From the NCBI RefSeq assembly GCF_000006765.1, contig NC_002516.2: a stretch of DNA of 64,000 nucleotides. One strand, written 5' to 3'. Made by a program: the position numbers and the translations under genes. Shown here piece by piece: positions 40,411 to 50,977 of the stretch; position 1 is the stretch's first letter, and the number at the start of each line of letters is the position of its first letter. The notes beneath the pieces were generated by a model, which did no database searches, had not been told where the DNA came from, and saw only the letters and a list, made by a program, of their open reading frames with translations. This DNA comes from Pseudomonas aeruginosa PAO1 (GTDB lineage Bacteria > Pseudomonadota > Gammaproteobacteria > Pseudomonadales > Pseudomonadaceae).

Positions 40411-43400
40411 TTAGAAATTCAGAGGCTTGTTGAAGCAGCTCCAGTAGTCGGCCAGGTAGCTCTGGTTCGAGCAACCCGCCCCACTCTCGGCCTCTGCCCT
40501 GAGCGGACGATCGGTGAACTGCCCCACCCGCTTGGCGCTGGCGTCCTCCGCCGGACCCGCGGCGGTAGCCGGCAGCAGGTTAGGATCGCTGACGTCCATG
40601 CCCAGAGCGTAGGCGCGCAGGAACGGGTTTTCGAGGAACGGGTTTTCCAGCGTGGTGGTGCGGTAGACCGCATCCCCGGGGGTATCCGGATCGCGCCCCT
40701 TCTGCAGTTCGCGCAAGTCGGAGAGCGCTGCCAGTTGCCCCAGGTCGCCCGGCGTGACCGGCAGCGGCAGGATGCTCAGCAGGTTGCCCTGGTAGTTGAG
40801 CTGGTAGTTGCCGCTGGTGAGGGCAAGCCCACCCTGGAGGATGTCGTACTGGCCTACGGCTTCGCCGCCCACCCGACCGAGCCCGCCGGCGAGCACCTGA
40901 CCGGCGCTATCGCCATTCTTCAGGCCGGAAACCTGATAGGTCAGCGCCGGGTCGGCGGTGCCGACCTGCTTGCTCTTGGCATCGGCGAATACGTTGAGCA
41001 GCGCCTTGGTGATGGTCAGGTCATTACCCTGGTAGGCCAGGTCATAGTTGCCACTGGTCAGCACCAGGCCGCCCTGGTTGATGCCATACACACCCACGTT
41101 CTCGCCTGCGTCGCGGTTCAGCCCGCCGGTCAGGATCGAGCCGGCGCTGTCACCGTTCTTCAGGCCGCTGACCTGGTAGGTCAGGCTCGGGTCAGCGTCG
41201 CCATAGACCTTGGTCTTGCCGTCGGCGATCACATTGAGCAGCGCCTTGGTGATGGTCAGGTTGTTGCCCTGGTAAGCCAGGTCATAGTTACCGCTGACCA
41301 GGCCCAGTCCACCCTGGTTGATGCCGTACACGCCGACATTCTCGCCAGCCACGCGGCTCAGGCTGCCACCGTTGAGCACCGCGCCAGCGGTATCACCGTT
41401 CTTCAGGCCGCTGACCTGGTAGGTCAGGCTCGGATCGGCATCGCCGTAGACCTTGGTCTTGGCGTCGGCGATCACATTCAGCAGTGCCTTGGTGATGGTC
41501 AGGTTGTTGCCCTGGTAAGCCAGGTCATAGTTACCGCTGACCAGACCCAGGCCACCCTGCTGAATCGCATAGTTGCCTACGTTTTCGCCGGAGACACGAA
41601 CCAGGCCGCCGCCATTGAGCACCGCGCCAGCGGTATCGCCATTCTTCAGGCCGCTGACCTGGTAGGTCAGGCTCGGGTCGGCATCGCCATAGACCTTGGT
41701 CTTGGCATCGGCGATCACATTCAGCAGTGCCTTGGTGATGGTCAGGTTATTGCCCTGGTAGCTCAGGTCGTAGTTACCGCTGTTCAATGCCAGGTCGCCC
41801 TGGTTGATGCCATACACACCCACGTTCTCGCCTGCGGCGCGGTTCAGCCCGCCGGTCAGGATCGAACCGGCGCTGTCGCCGTTCTTCAGGCCGCTGACCT
41901 GGTAGGTCAGGCTCGGATCGGCATCGCCGTAGACCTTGGTCTTGGCATCAGCGATCACATTCAGCAGTGCCTTGGTGATGGTCAGGTTGTTGCCCTGGTA
42001 AGCCAGGTCATAGTTACCGCTGACCAGACCCAGGCCACCCTGCTGAATCGCATAGTTGCCTACGTTTTCGCCGGAGACACGAACCAGGCCGCCGCCATTG
42101 AGCACCGCGCCAGCGGTATCGCCATTCTTCAGGCCGCTGACCTGGTAGGTCAGGCTCGGATCGGCATCGCCGTAGACCTTGGTCTTGGCGTCAGCGATCA
42201 CATTCAGCAGCGCCTTGGTGATGGTCAGGTTATTGCCCTGGTAGCTCAGGTCGTAGTTACCGCTGTTCAATGCCAGGTCGCCCTGGTTGATGCCGTACAC
42301 GCCGACATTCTCGCCAGCCACGCGGCTCAGGCTGCCACCGTTGAGCACCGCGCCAGCGGTATCACCGTTCTTCAGGCCGCTGACCTGGTAGGTCAGGCTC
42401 GGATCGGCATCGCCGTAGACCTTGGTCTTGGCGTCGGCGATCACATTCAGCAGTGCCTTGGTGATGGTCAGGTTGTTGCCCTGGTAAGCCAGGTCATAGT
42501 TACCGCTGACCAGACCCAGGCCACCCTGCTGAATCGCATAGTTGCCTACGTTTTCGCCGGAGACACGAACCAGGCCGCCGCCATTGAGCACCGCGCCAGC
42601 GGTATCGCCATTCTTCAGGCCGCTGACCTGGTAGGTCAGGCTCGGGTCGGCATCGCCATAGACCTTGGTCTTGGCATCGGCGATCACATTCAGCAGTGCC
42701 TTGGTGATGGTCAGGTTATTGCCCTGGTAGCTCAGGTCGTAGTTACCGCTGTTCAATGCCAGGTCGCCCTGGTTGATGCCATACACACCCACGTTCTCGC
42801 CTGCGGCGCGGTTCAGCCCGCCGGTCAGGATCGAACCGGCGCTGTCGCCGTTCTTCAGGCCGCTGACCTGGTAGGTCAGGCTCGGATCGGCATCGCCGTA
42901 GACCTTGGTCTTGGCATCAGCGATCACATTCAGCAGTGCCTTGGTGATGGTCAGGTTGTTGCCCTGGTAAGCCAGGTCATAGTTACCGCTGACCAGACCC
43001 AGGCCACCCTGCTGAATCGCATAGTTGCCTACGTTTTCGCCGGAGACACGAACCAGGCCGCCGCCATTGAGCACCGCGCCAGCGGTATCGCCATTCTTCA
43101 GGCCGCTGACCTGGTAGGTCAGGCTCGGATCGGCATCGCCGTAGACCTTGGTCTTGGCGTCGGCGATCACATTCAGCAGTGCCTTGGTGATGGTCAGGTT
43201 ATTGCCCTGGTAGCTCAGGTCGTAGTTACCGCTGTTCAATGCCAGGTCGCCCTGGTTGATGCCATACACACCCACGTTCTCGCCTGCGGCGCGGTTCAAC
43301 CCACCGGTCAGGATCGAACCGGCGGTATCACCGTTCTTCAGGCCGCTGACCTGGTAGGTCAGGCTCGGATCGGCATCGCCGTAGACCTTGGTCTTGGCGT

Positions 43401-46400
43401 CGGCGATCACATTCAGCAGCGCCTTGGTGATGGTCAGGTTATTGCCCTGGTAGCTCAGGTCGTAGTTCGCGCTGAGCAGGCCCAGTCCACCCTGGTTGAT
43501 GCCGTACACGCCGACATTCTCGCCAGCCACGCGGCTCAGGCTGCCGCCGTTGAGCACGGCACCGGCGGTGTCGCCGTTCTTCAGCCCGGACACCTGGTAG
43601 GTCAGTGCCGGATCGGCATCGCCATAGACCTTGGTCTTGGCATCGGCGATCACATTGAGCAGTGCCTTGGTGATGGTCAGGTTATTGCCCTGGTAGTTCA
43701 GGGTGTAATTGCTGCTGACCAGGCCCAGTCCACCCTGGTTGATGCCGTACACGCCGACGTTCTCGCCAGCCACGCGGCTCAGGCTGCCGCCGTTGAGCAC
43801 GGCACCGGCGGTATCGCCGCGCTTGAGACCGGAGACCTGGTAGGTCAGCGCCGGATCCAGGTCGCCGTAGACCTTGGTCTTGGCATCGGCGATCACGTTC
43901 AGTTGTGCCGGGGTGATGCGCAGGTCGTTGCCGACGTAGCTGAGGGTGTAATTGGCCGTGTTGAGGCCCAGCCCGCCCTGGAGTATCCCGTAGTTGCCGA
44001 CGTTCTCCCCGGCCACCCGGCCGAGGTTGCCGCTCAGCACGCCAGCGGCGGTATCGCTGTTCTTCAGGCCACTGACCTGGTAGGTGAGGGTCGGATCGGC
44101 GTCGCCATAGACCTTGGTCTTGGCGTCGGCGCTGACGATCAATTGCGCCGGCGTGACGGTCAGCCTGCCGTCCTGGCGCACCAGTTGGTAACGCTGGCTG
44201 AAATACTCGCTGCCATTGGCGTTACCGGTGATCGCGTACTGCCCGACATTCGACGCCTGGGTCGCCGTGGTGCTGGCGGTCGCCTGGTAGAGGTCGTTGA
44301 ACTGACTGTTGACGTAGGCGTCGATGGCGTTGATGCCGGACATCGTGGCCGTCAGAGTCGGATTCACATCACCGTAGACGCGGGTAGCGTCATTGGCGGT
44401 CAGGGTGGCGGTCTGCTGGCGGGAAAGGATGTCGCCGGCAGTGGTGGTGGTCTTGAACATCTCCACCTGGGCGCGCTCGGCGAAGCTGTTGAACGCTCCC
44501 TCGCGCATGAACAGGTCCAGGCGGGTATCGACGCGGCTGGTCTTGCCGCCGAGGCCGAAGATCAGTTCCTCGGTCAGGCCGGTGCCGACGTCGTACTGCA
44601 GCTCGTCGGTCACGCCGATCACGCCGCCGAAGCCCTTGACGCCCCAACTGGTGCCCCAGTTTCCGGTCCAGGTGGTGACGCTGCCGTTGCCGGCGGCGAC
44701 GGTGAACCCGCTGGGCGCACCGCCGTTCGGGGTGGCGGTGACGTTGCTGCCGTTGACCTGGTAGCGCAGGTTGGTCACCAGGTAGTCCGACGAGTCGTTG
44801 GTAGGGAAACTGGCGGAACCGCTGACCCGCCGATAGGGCAGCGCGGTGAACACCAGGCGGTCGAACTCGCTGTTGCCGTCGGCAGTCAGCGTGTAGTTGC
44901 CGGTGGTGCCAACGCTGTTGGCCTCGAGAATCCGCGTACCGACGCTGGAGACGATGTTCTGCGCGGTGCCGGTCATGCTCTGGTTGATGAACGGATCGAA
45001 CACCGTGCCGCTCGTGGTCACGCCGGTGGCGTTGCTCTGCCGGTACTTGAGCGTACCGTTGAAGGTCTGCAGCGCCAGGTTGCCGGCGTAGTTGTCCCAG
45101 GAAGCCAGGTCGATGCTACCAGCACGGCCGGCGAGGTTGGCGGCGATCAGCGCGGTACCGGCCTGCTGGCTGATCTTGCCGGCGGTGCTGGTCTGCATCC
45201 ACAGGGTGCCGCTGCCCAGGTCGACGATGCCGCTGGTCTGCGGCGTGCCGCCGCTGAGGAAATTGATGTTGCCGCCGGCGCGGATTGCCAGGCTGCCGTT
45301 GCGGAACAGGATCGGCGCAGAGATATCCACCGCACCGGCAGGTCCGGTGGCGATCAGCTCCAGGCCGCGACTGGCGCCGCCCAGGTTGCTGGTGATCAGC
45401 GGCGCTTCCACCGACAGCCGGTCGCTGGCGCTGAGGGTCACCTTGCCGCCTGCCAGCGCACCGGTAACCACCGAGGCATTCACCGTCGCGTCGCCGCTGG
45501 CGCCGTTGGCGCCCCCCACCGAGCCGGAGGTGCCGCCGGAGGCGACGATGCGCAGGGTGGTCGGGTCGAGCAGCCAGGTGCCACCGTTGCCGTAGGGTGC
45601 GGCGACGCTGACGTAGGCGCTGTCGGCGATGCTCAGGTTGACCTTGCCGGAGGTCTCCACCAGGCCGCCGTTGCCGCCCTGGGCGCCGCCGCGCGCGAGG
45701 ATCCGCCCGTCCATGCGGGTATTGCCGTCGGACCAGACCACCGCCAGGCCGCCATTGCCCTTGCCGGTAGCCGAGACGTCGATGCTGGCGCCCTTGGCCA
45801 GCGTAGCGTTCTTCGCCCGTGGCAGCTCGCCGCGGCCCTGGAAGTCGCCGCCGATGCGCACGCTGCCGCCCTGTGCGGTGCCGCGGGCGTCGATGCTGGC
45901 GGTGCTCGCCAGGGCCACCTGCTGCCCGCTGACCAGCACGTCGCCGCCGTTCTTCGGACCGCTGACGTCGATCTTGCCGGCGATCTGGATGTCCCCGGAC
46001 TTGCTTACCAGCGCCACGCTGCCCTCGCGCACCTCGGTGCCGCGGGCAAGGATCACGCCGGACAGGTTGACCGCGTTGTCGACCACCCGGGAAGCCTGCT
46101 CGGCGGTGATCAGCACGCTACCGCCGTCGGCCTGGATCGCGCCACCGTTGCTGACCAGCGCCTGGGCATCCTGCGGCTTGCGGGTAACCGGGTCGGTCAC
46201 GGCGATCGACACCAGGCCATCGCCGTAGAGGTCGATGGTCGCGGCATTGCCGGCGGCCATCGCCACGGTGCCGAGGCGGGCGTTGATCACGCCGTTGTTG
46301 GCCACGGACGGCGCGACGAAGGCCGCCAGGCCTTTCTCCGCGACGCTGATGCTGCCGTCGTTGACGATCCGCGCGTCGGGGTTTCCGGGCTGGTCGAAGA

Positions 46401-46875
46401 TCAGCTTGCCCTGGCGGAAGTGTTCGTCGCTGATGTTCGCCGTGGTGGTGATCAGGGAGCCCACGTCGACCTTGGCCGAGCCGCTGAAGACCACGCCGTT
46501 GGAGTTGTAGATGATCACCTGGCCGGGCGCGGAGATGCGCCCGGCGATCACGCTTTCCTGGCCTGCGGTGACCCGGTTCAGGGTCGACGAGGTCACACCG
46601 GGCTGGTTGAAGCGCACCGCCTCGTCGGCGGAGACGTCGAAGCCCTTCCAGTTGATGATCGCGCGCTGGGTGCTCTGGTCGATCAGCGTGGTCTTGCCCT
46701 GCTGGCTGATCTTGATCTCGTTGGGGTTGAACTGGGCACCGGTAGGTGCCGCCATGGCCGCGTTGATGCTGGCGATGGCGAACATGAGGGTGCTGCTGGC
46801 GGCAAGGACGAAACGCCCTTCCCTACCAGCTTTCGAAGAGGTGCGCTTGCCGCGCTGGCTATCCGGACGGACCAT
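40411..46875 (-). CDS. cdrA: c-di-GMP-regulated TpsA adhesin CdrA (2154 aa)
   Basis: Extended signal peptide, TPS/haemagglutination domain (YNSNGV), 14 tandem ~81-aa repeats, TAAG site and C-terminal Cys pair. Start MVRPDSQ at 46875; the track's extension crosses a FleQ-like box. Confidence 0.95.
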   Translation of the reverse strand: MVRPDSQRGKRTSSKAGREGRFVLAASSTLMFAIASINAAMAAPTGAQFNPNEIKISQQGKTTLIDQSTQRAIINWKGFDVSADEAVRFNQPGVTSSTLNRVTAGQESVIAGRISAPGQVIIYNSNGVVFSGSAKVDVGSLITTTANISDEHFRQGKLIFDQPGNPDARIVNDGSISVAEKGLAAFVAPSVANNGVINARLGTVAMAAGNAATIDLYGDGLVSIAVTDPVTRKPQDAQALVSNGGAIQADGGSVLITAEQASRVVDNAVNLSGVILARGTEVREGSVALVSKSGDIQIAGKIDVSGPKNGGDVLVSGQQVALASTASIDARGTAQGGSVRIGGDFQGRGELPRAKNATLAKGASIDVSATGKGNGGLAVVWSDGNTRMDGRILARGGAQGGNGGLVETSGKVNLSIADSAYVSVAAPYGNGGTWLLDPTTLRIVASGGTSGSVGGANGASGDATVNASVVTGALAGGKVTLSASDRLSVEAPLITSNLGGASRGLELIATGPAGAVDISAPILFRNGSLAIRAGGNINFLSGGTPQTSGIVDLGSGTLWMQTSTAGKISQQAGTALIAANLAGRAGSIDLASWDNYAGNLALQTFNGTLKYRQSNATGVTTSGTVFDPFINQSMTGTAQNIVSSVGTRILEANSVGTTGNYTLTADGNSEFDRLVFTALPYRRVSGSASFPTNDSSDYLVTNLRYQVNGSNVTATPNGGAPSGFTVAAGNGSVTTWTGNWGTSWGVKGFGGVIGVTDELQYDVGTGLTEELIFGLGGKTSRVDTRLDLFMREGAFNSFAERAQVEMFKTTTTAGDILSRQQTATLTANDATRVYGDVNPTLTATMSGINAIDAYVNSQFNDLYQATASTTATQASNVGQYAITGNANGSEYFSQRYQLVRQDGRLTVTPAQLIVSADAKTKVYGDADPTLTYQVSGLKNSDTAAGVLSGNLGRVAGENVGNYGILQGGLGLNTANYTLSYVGNDLRITPAQLNVIADAKTKVYGDLDPALTYQVSGLKRGDTAGAVLNGGSLSRVAGENVGVYGINQGGLGLVSSNYTLNYQGNNLTITKALLNVIADAKTKVYGDADPALTYQVSGLKNGDTAGAVLNGGSLSRVAGENVGVYGINQGGLGLLSANYDLSYQGNNLTITKALLNVIADAKTKVYGDADPSLTYQVSGLKNGDTAGSILTGGLNRAAGENVGVYGINQGDLALNSGNYDLSYQGNNLTITKALLNVIADAKTKVYGDADPSLTYQVSGLKNGDTAGAVLNGGGLVRVSGENVGNYAIQQGGLGLVSGNYDLAYQGNNLTITKALLNVIADAKTKVYGDADPSLTYQVSGLKNGDSAGSILTGGLNRAAGENVGVYGINQGDLALNSGNYDLSYQGNNLTITKALLNVIADAKTKVYGDADPSLTYQVSGLKNGDTAGAVLNGGGLVRVSGENVGNYAIQQGGLGLVSGNYDLAYQGNNLTITKALLNVIADAKTKVYGDADPSLTYQVSGLKNGDTAGAVLNGGSLSRVAGENVGVYGINQGDLALNSGNYDLSYQGNNLTITKALLNVIADAKTKVYGDADPSLTYQVSGLKNGDTAGAVLNGGGLVRVSGENVGNYAIQQGGLGLVSGNYDLAYQGNNLTITKALLNVIADAKTKVYGDADPSLTYQVSGLKNGDSAGSILTGGLNRAAGENVGVYGINQGDLALNSGNYDLSYQGNNLTITKALLNVIADAKTKVYGDADPSLTYQVSGLKNGDTAGAVLNGGGLVRVSGENVGNYAIQQGGLGLVSGNYDLAYQGNNLTITKALLNVIADAKTKVYGDADPSLTYQVSGLKNGDTAGAVLNGGSLSRVAGENVGVYGINQGGLGLVSGNYDLAYQGNNLTITKALLNVIADGKTKVYGDADPSLTYQVSGLKNGDSAGSILTGGLNRDAGENVGVYGINQGGLVLTSGNYDLAYQGNDLTITKALLNVFADAKSKQVGTADPALTYQVSGLKNGDSAGQVLAGGLGRVGGEAVGQYDILQGGLALTSGNYQLNYQGNLLSILPLPVTPGDLGQLAALSDLRELQKGRDPDTPGDAVYRTTTLENPFLENPFLRAYALGMDVSDPNLLPATAAGPAEDASAKRVGQFTDRPLRAEAESGAGCSNQSYLADYWSCFNKPLNF
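40759..44145 (-). repeat. Array of 14 tandem 240/243-nt (80/81-aa) MBG-like repeats in cdrA
   Basis: Unit LLNVIADAKTKVYGDADPSLTYQVSGLKNGD...GNNLTITKA; 5x80 + 9x81 aa = 1129 aa matches the 3387-nt span. Confidence 0.95.
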
Positions 46876-46926
46876 GAAAATCTCCCTATCTGCGTGGCGC
46901 ACGTCAGTTTTCCAGCACTGCATTTC

Positions 46927-47092
46927 GTCAGTTAAATGACGAAAATCTGAGAAGCAATTCACATTGCGCCTTGTGTGCCAAAAAAATGCCTTTCAGATCA
47001 AAAATTGTCCACTTGAAAGGGCGACCGTTCGTCGGAGTGACTCAAAAATGACACTACGGAGGTTAAATATGTAATACCGTCAAAAAACCGAC
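46927..47092. promoter_or_regulatory. FleQ-like boxes upstream of cdrA
   Basis: 14-bp GTCA-N6-TGAC-type sites: GTCAGTTAAATGAC (46927-46940), GACTCAAAAATGAC (47039-47052), GTCAAAAAACCGAC (47079-47092), in an AT-rich region. FleQ control of cdrA is established. Confidence 0.75.
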
Positions 47093-47195
47093 AATGCTTT
47101 CGAGATAATCACTGTCAAGAAAACCGGAAGACCTCCCTGGCACGCGGGTTTGCTAGGCTAGGCAGCCCCCGTCCGCTGCCGCCAAGGAACCTTCC

Positions 47196-48167
47196 ATGAG
47201 CCATGCCCTGCGCGCCGTTTTCCTCGACCATGCCTCCCTCGACCTCGGCGACCTGGACATGCGCCCCCTGCGCGCCGCCTTCGACGAGCTGCAACTGCAT
47301 GCCGCCAGCCAACCGCAGGAAGTCGCCGCGCGGCTGCACGATGCGCGGGTCGCGATCAGCAACAAGGTGCCGATCGACGCGCAATGCATCGCCGCCTGCC
47401 CAGAGCTGGAACTGATCCTGATCAGCGCTACCGGCACCAACAACATCGATCTCGCTGCCGCTCGCGAGCGCGGTATCGTCGTCGCCAACTGCCATGGCTA
47501 CGGCACGCCCTCGGTAGCCCAGCACACCCTCGCGCTGCTACTGGCCCTGGCTACGCGCCTGCCGGACTACCAGCAGGCGGTACGCAGCGGTCGCTGGCAG
47601 CAATCCAGCCAGTTCTGCCTGCTGGACTTCCCCATCGTCGAACTGGAAGGCAAGACCCTCGGCCTGCTCGGCCATGGCGAACTGGGCGGGGCGGTGGCGC
47701 GGCTGGCAGAGGCGTTCGGCATGCGCGTGCTGCTCGGTCAGTTGCCAGGACGGCCCGCCCGGGCGGACCGCCTGCCGCTTGGCGAACTCCTGCCACGGGT
47801 CGACGCCCTGACCCTGCACTGCCCGCTGACCGAGGACACCCGCGGGATGCTCGGCTCCGCCGAACTGGCGCTGATGAAGCCTGGCGCCTTCCTGGTCAAT
47901 ACCGCCCGTGGAGGCCTGGTCGACGAACAGGCGCTGGCCGACGCCCTGCGCGGCGGCCACCTGGGCGGCGCCGCCACCGACGTGCTCAGCGTCGAGCCGC
48001 CGAGAAACGGCAATCCGCTGCTGGCCCCCGACATCCCGCGCCTGATCGTCACCCCCCATAACGCCTGGGGCAGTCGCGAGGCGCGGCAGCGCATCGTCGG
48101 CCAACTGGCGGAAAACGCAGAGGCATGGAAGGCCGGGCGCGCCCTGCGGGTAGTCAACGCCGGCTGA
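47196..48167 (+). CDS. hprA: Glycerate dehydrogenase / hydroxypyruvate reductase
   Basis: D-2-hydroxyacid dehydrogenase motifs: [32 protein letters not shown]. Confidence 0.9.
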
Positions 48168-48276
48168 TACGGCGCTGCGGGCACCGCGCACGGATGAACG
48201 GCGATCCTCGCCGACAATCCATGCGGGTATGCCAGGCCCAAGCCTGTTAAGATTTCCCATTTTTTCCGGAGCCCGC

Positions 48277-49275
48277 ATGGACCCTCGCAGTGAAGTGCTG
48301 CTGCGCCAGCGCCACCTCTTCGCGACCCCGCTGCTGCTGGCCGGCCTGCCCGCCGACGACCTGCTCGCCGAGCTACCGCAGGCCCAGGGCTGGAGCTGGC
48401 ACGCCGGCGAGCAGGCGCAGTTGGACGCCCGCTTCCCCGGCCGTAGCCGTTTCGACACGCGCGCGCCGACTGGCGCCTGGACTTCGGCCGTTCTGTTCCT
48501 GCCCAAGTCCCGCGAACTGACCGACTACCTGCTGGCCAGCCTGGCCGCCCGCCTGCCCGGCGGCGAACTCTTCCTGGTCGGCGAAAAGCGCGGCGGGATC
48601 GAGCGCGCGAGCAAGCAGTTGGCCGCCTACGGCAAGCCCCGCAAACTGGATAGCGCGCGGCATTGCCAGCTCTGGCAGGTGCGTATCGAACAGGCGCCGG
48701 CCGAGCCCGACCTGCACGCCCTGGCCCAGCGCTACAGCCTGCCGCTGGCCGATGGCGAGCTGCAGGTGGTGAGCCTGCCGGGGGTGTTCAGCCATGGCCG
48801 CCTGGATCGCGGCAGCGCGCTGCTGCTGGGGCAACTGCAAGCCCTGCCCGGCGGCCATCTGCTGGACTTCGGCTGCGGTGCCGGGGTACTCGGGGCGGTC
48901 CTCAAGCGTCGCTACCCCGCCAGTCGCCTGAGCCTGCTCGACGTCGACGCCTTCGCTGTCGAGAGCAGCCGACTGACCCTCGCCGCCAACGGCCTGGACG
49001 GCGAAGTGATCGCCGCCGACGGCATCGACGGCGCGCCGCGCGAACTCGCCGCGATCGTCAGCAACCCGCCCTTCCACCAGGGCGTGCACACCGACTACCA
49101 GGCCTCCGAGCGCCTGCTGCAACGCGCCGCCGAACACCTGGCGCCGGGCGGCGAACTGCGCCTGGTCGCCAACAGCTTCCTGAAGTACCCGCCGTTGATC
49201 GAACGCCACCTCGGCCCCTGCCGGACACTCGCCGAAGGCGACGGTTTCCGCATCTACTCCGCCCGTCGCTCCTGA
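48277..49275 (+). CDS. rsmC: 16S rRNA m2G1207 methyltransferase RsmC
   Basis: [39 protein letters not shown]. Confidence 0.92.
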
Positions 49276-49369
49276 TTTCTGCCTGGAACCCTGTGAATGA
49301 AGCTTTTCCTCTCCCTGCCCGCACGCCCGCAGCCAGCCCCTTCCGTGGCCACCCGCCGGGAGGCTGCCG

Positions 49370-50833
49370 ATGACTGACCTGAACACCAGCCAGGGCCAGC
49401 AATTGCGGCGGGTGCTCAAGCCGCGCCACCTGAACATGATCGCCATCGGCGGCTCCATCGGCACCGGGCTGTTCGTCGCCTCCGGGGCCACAGTGGCCAC
49501 CGCCGGGCCCGGCGGTGCGCTGCTTTCCTACGCACTGATCGGGCTGATGGTGTACTTCCTCATGACCAGTCTCGGCGAGATGGCCGCCTACATGCCCGTT
49601 TCCGGCTCATTCTGTACCTATGGCAGCCGGTTCGTCGAAGATGGCTTCGGTTTCGCCCTCGGCTGGAACTACTGGTACAACTGGGCGGTGACCATCGCCG
49701 CGGAGCTGGTGGCGGCGCAACTGGTGATGAGTTTCTGGTTCCCCGAGGTGCCGGGCATCTACTGGAGCGCGATCTTCCTGGGCATCATGTTCGGCCTCAA
49801 CGTGATTTCCGCGCGCGGCTTCGGCGAGAGCGAATTCTGGTTCGCCCTGATCAAGGTAGTCACGGTGGTGATCTTCATCGGCGTCGGCCTGGCGACCATC
49901 TTCGGCATCATGCATGGCGTGGAGTCGCCCGGCTTCAGCAACTTCACCATGGGCGACGCGCCCTTCGTCGGCGGCTTCCAGGCGATGGTCGGGGTGGCGA
50001 TGATCGCCGGCTTCTCGTTCCAGGGCACCGAACTGATCGGCATCGCCGCCGGTGAATCGGAAAATCCGCGGAAGAACATCCCGATCGCCATTCGCCAGGT
50101 GTTCTGGCGCATCCTGATGTTCTACATCCTGGCGATCTTCGTGATCGGCATGCTGATTCCCTACACCGACCCGAACCTGCTGAAGAACGATGCCAGCGAC
50201 ATCAGCGTGTCGCCCTTCACCCTGCTCTTCGAGCGCGCCGGCTTCGCCGCGGCGGCCGGGGTGATGAACGCAGTGATCCTCTCGGCGATCCTCTCCGCCG
50301 GCAACTCCGGCATGTACGCCTCGACCCGGATGCTCTACAACCTCGCCCTCGAGGGCAAGGCACCGCGCCTGTTCTCCCGCGTCTCGCGCAGCGGCGTGCC
50401 ACGCAACGCGCTGTACGCCACTACCCTGGTCGGCGCCCTGTGCTTCCTCACTTCGGCCTTCGGCGACAGCACCGTCTACACATGGCTGCTGAACACCTCG
50501 GGCATGTGCGGCTTCATCGCCTGGCTGGGCATCGCCATCTCCCACTATCGCTTCCGCAAGGGTTACCTGGCCCAGGGCGGCCGCCTGGAAGACCTGCCCT
50601 ACCGGGCCAAGCTGTTCCCCTTCGGGCCGCTGTTCGCCTTCGCCCTGTGCATGGTCATCACCCTCGGGCAGAACTACCAGGCGCTGGTGGGCGAACGCAT
50701 CGACTGGATCGGCCTCCTCGCCACCTATATCAGCCTGCCGCTGTTCCTGGCGATCTGGCTGGGATACCGCTGGAAGAAGCGCGCACGCTTCGTTCGCTAC
50801 CACGAAATGGACGTCAGCCCGACCAATACCTGA
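49370..50833 (+). CDS. lysP: Lysine-specific permease (APC family)
   Basis: LKPRHLNMIAIGGSIGTGLF, GESEFWFALIK, FQGTELIGIAAGE. Confidence 0.9.
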   Translation: MTDLNTSQGQQLRRVLKPRHLNMIAIGGSIGTGLFVASGATVATAGPGGALLSYALIGLMVYFLMTSLGEMAAYMPVSGSFCTYGSRFVEDGFGFALGWNYWYNWAVTIAAELVAAQLVMSFWFPEVPGIYWSAIFLGIMFGLNVISARGFGESEFWFALIKVVTVVIFIGVGLATIFGIMHGVESPGFSNFTMGDAPFVGGFQAMVGVAMIAGFSFQGTELIGIAAGESENPRKNIPIAIRQVFWRILMFYILAIFVIGMLIPYTDPNLLKNDASDISVSPFTLLFERAGFAAAAGVMNAVILSAILSAGNSGMYASTRMLYNLALEGKAPRLFSRVSRSGVPRNALYATTLVGALCFLTSAFGDSTVYTWLLNTSGMCGFIAWLGIAISHYRFRKGYLAQGGRLEDLPYRAKLFPFGPLFAFALCMVITLGQNYQALVGERIDWIGLLATYISLPLFLAIWLGYRWKKRARFVRYHEMDVSPTNT

Positions 50834-50941
50834 CTCACCCTGCCGCCCAGCGATTCCTCGCGGATCGCTGCGGATGCCGGCACGTTTCCTTGCGATCAGG
50901 CTCCCTCGCCGCCCTCCCGGACGAAAGTTTCCGTCCCGGGC

Positions 50942-50970
50942 TTGCCCAAGCCGCCCGGCTTGGGCAGAAT
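50942..50970 (+). promoter_or_regulatory. Putative sigma70 promoter overlapped by a perfect palindrome
   Basis: TTGCCC-17 nt-CAGAAT just ahead of the riboswitch; TGCCCAAGCC-GCCC-GGCTTGGGCA spans 50943-50966. Confidence 0.5.
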
Positions 50971-50977
50971 GCGCCCC

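Noticed and set aside
40399-46935. 2178-aa plus-strand ORF with repeats
   Set aside because: Exact antisense shadow of cdrA; its repeats only mirror the cdrA repeats.
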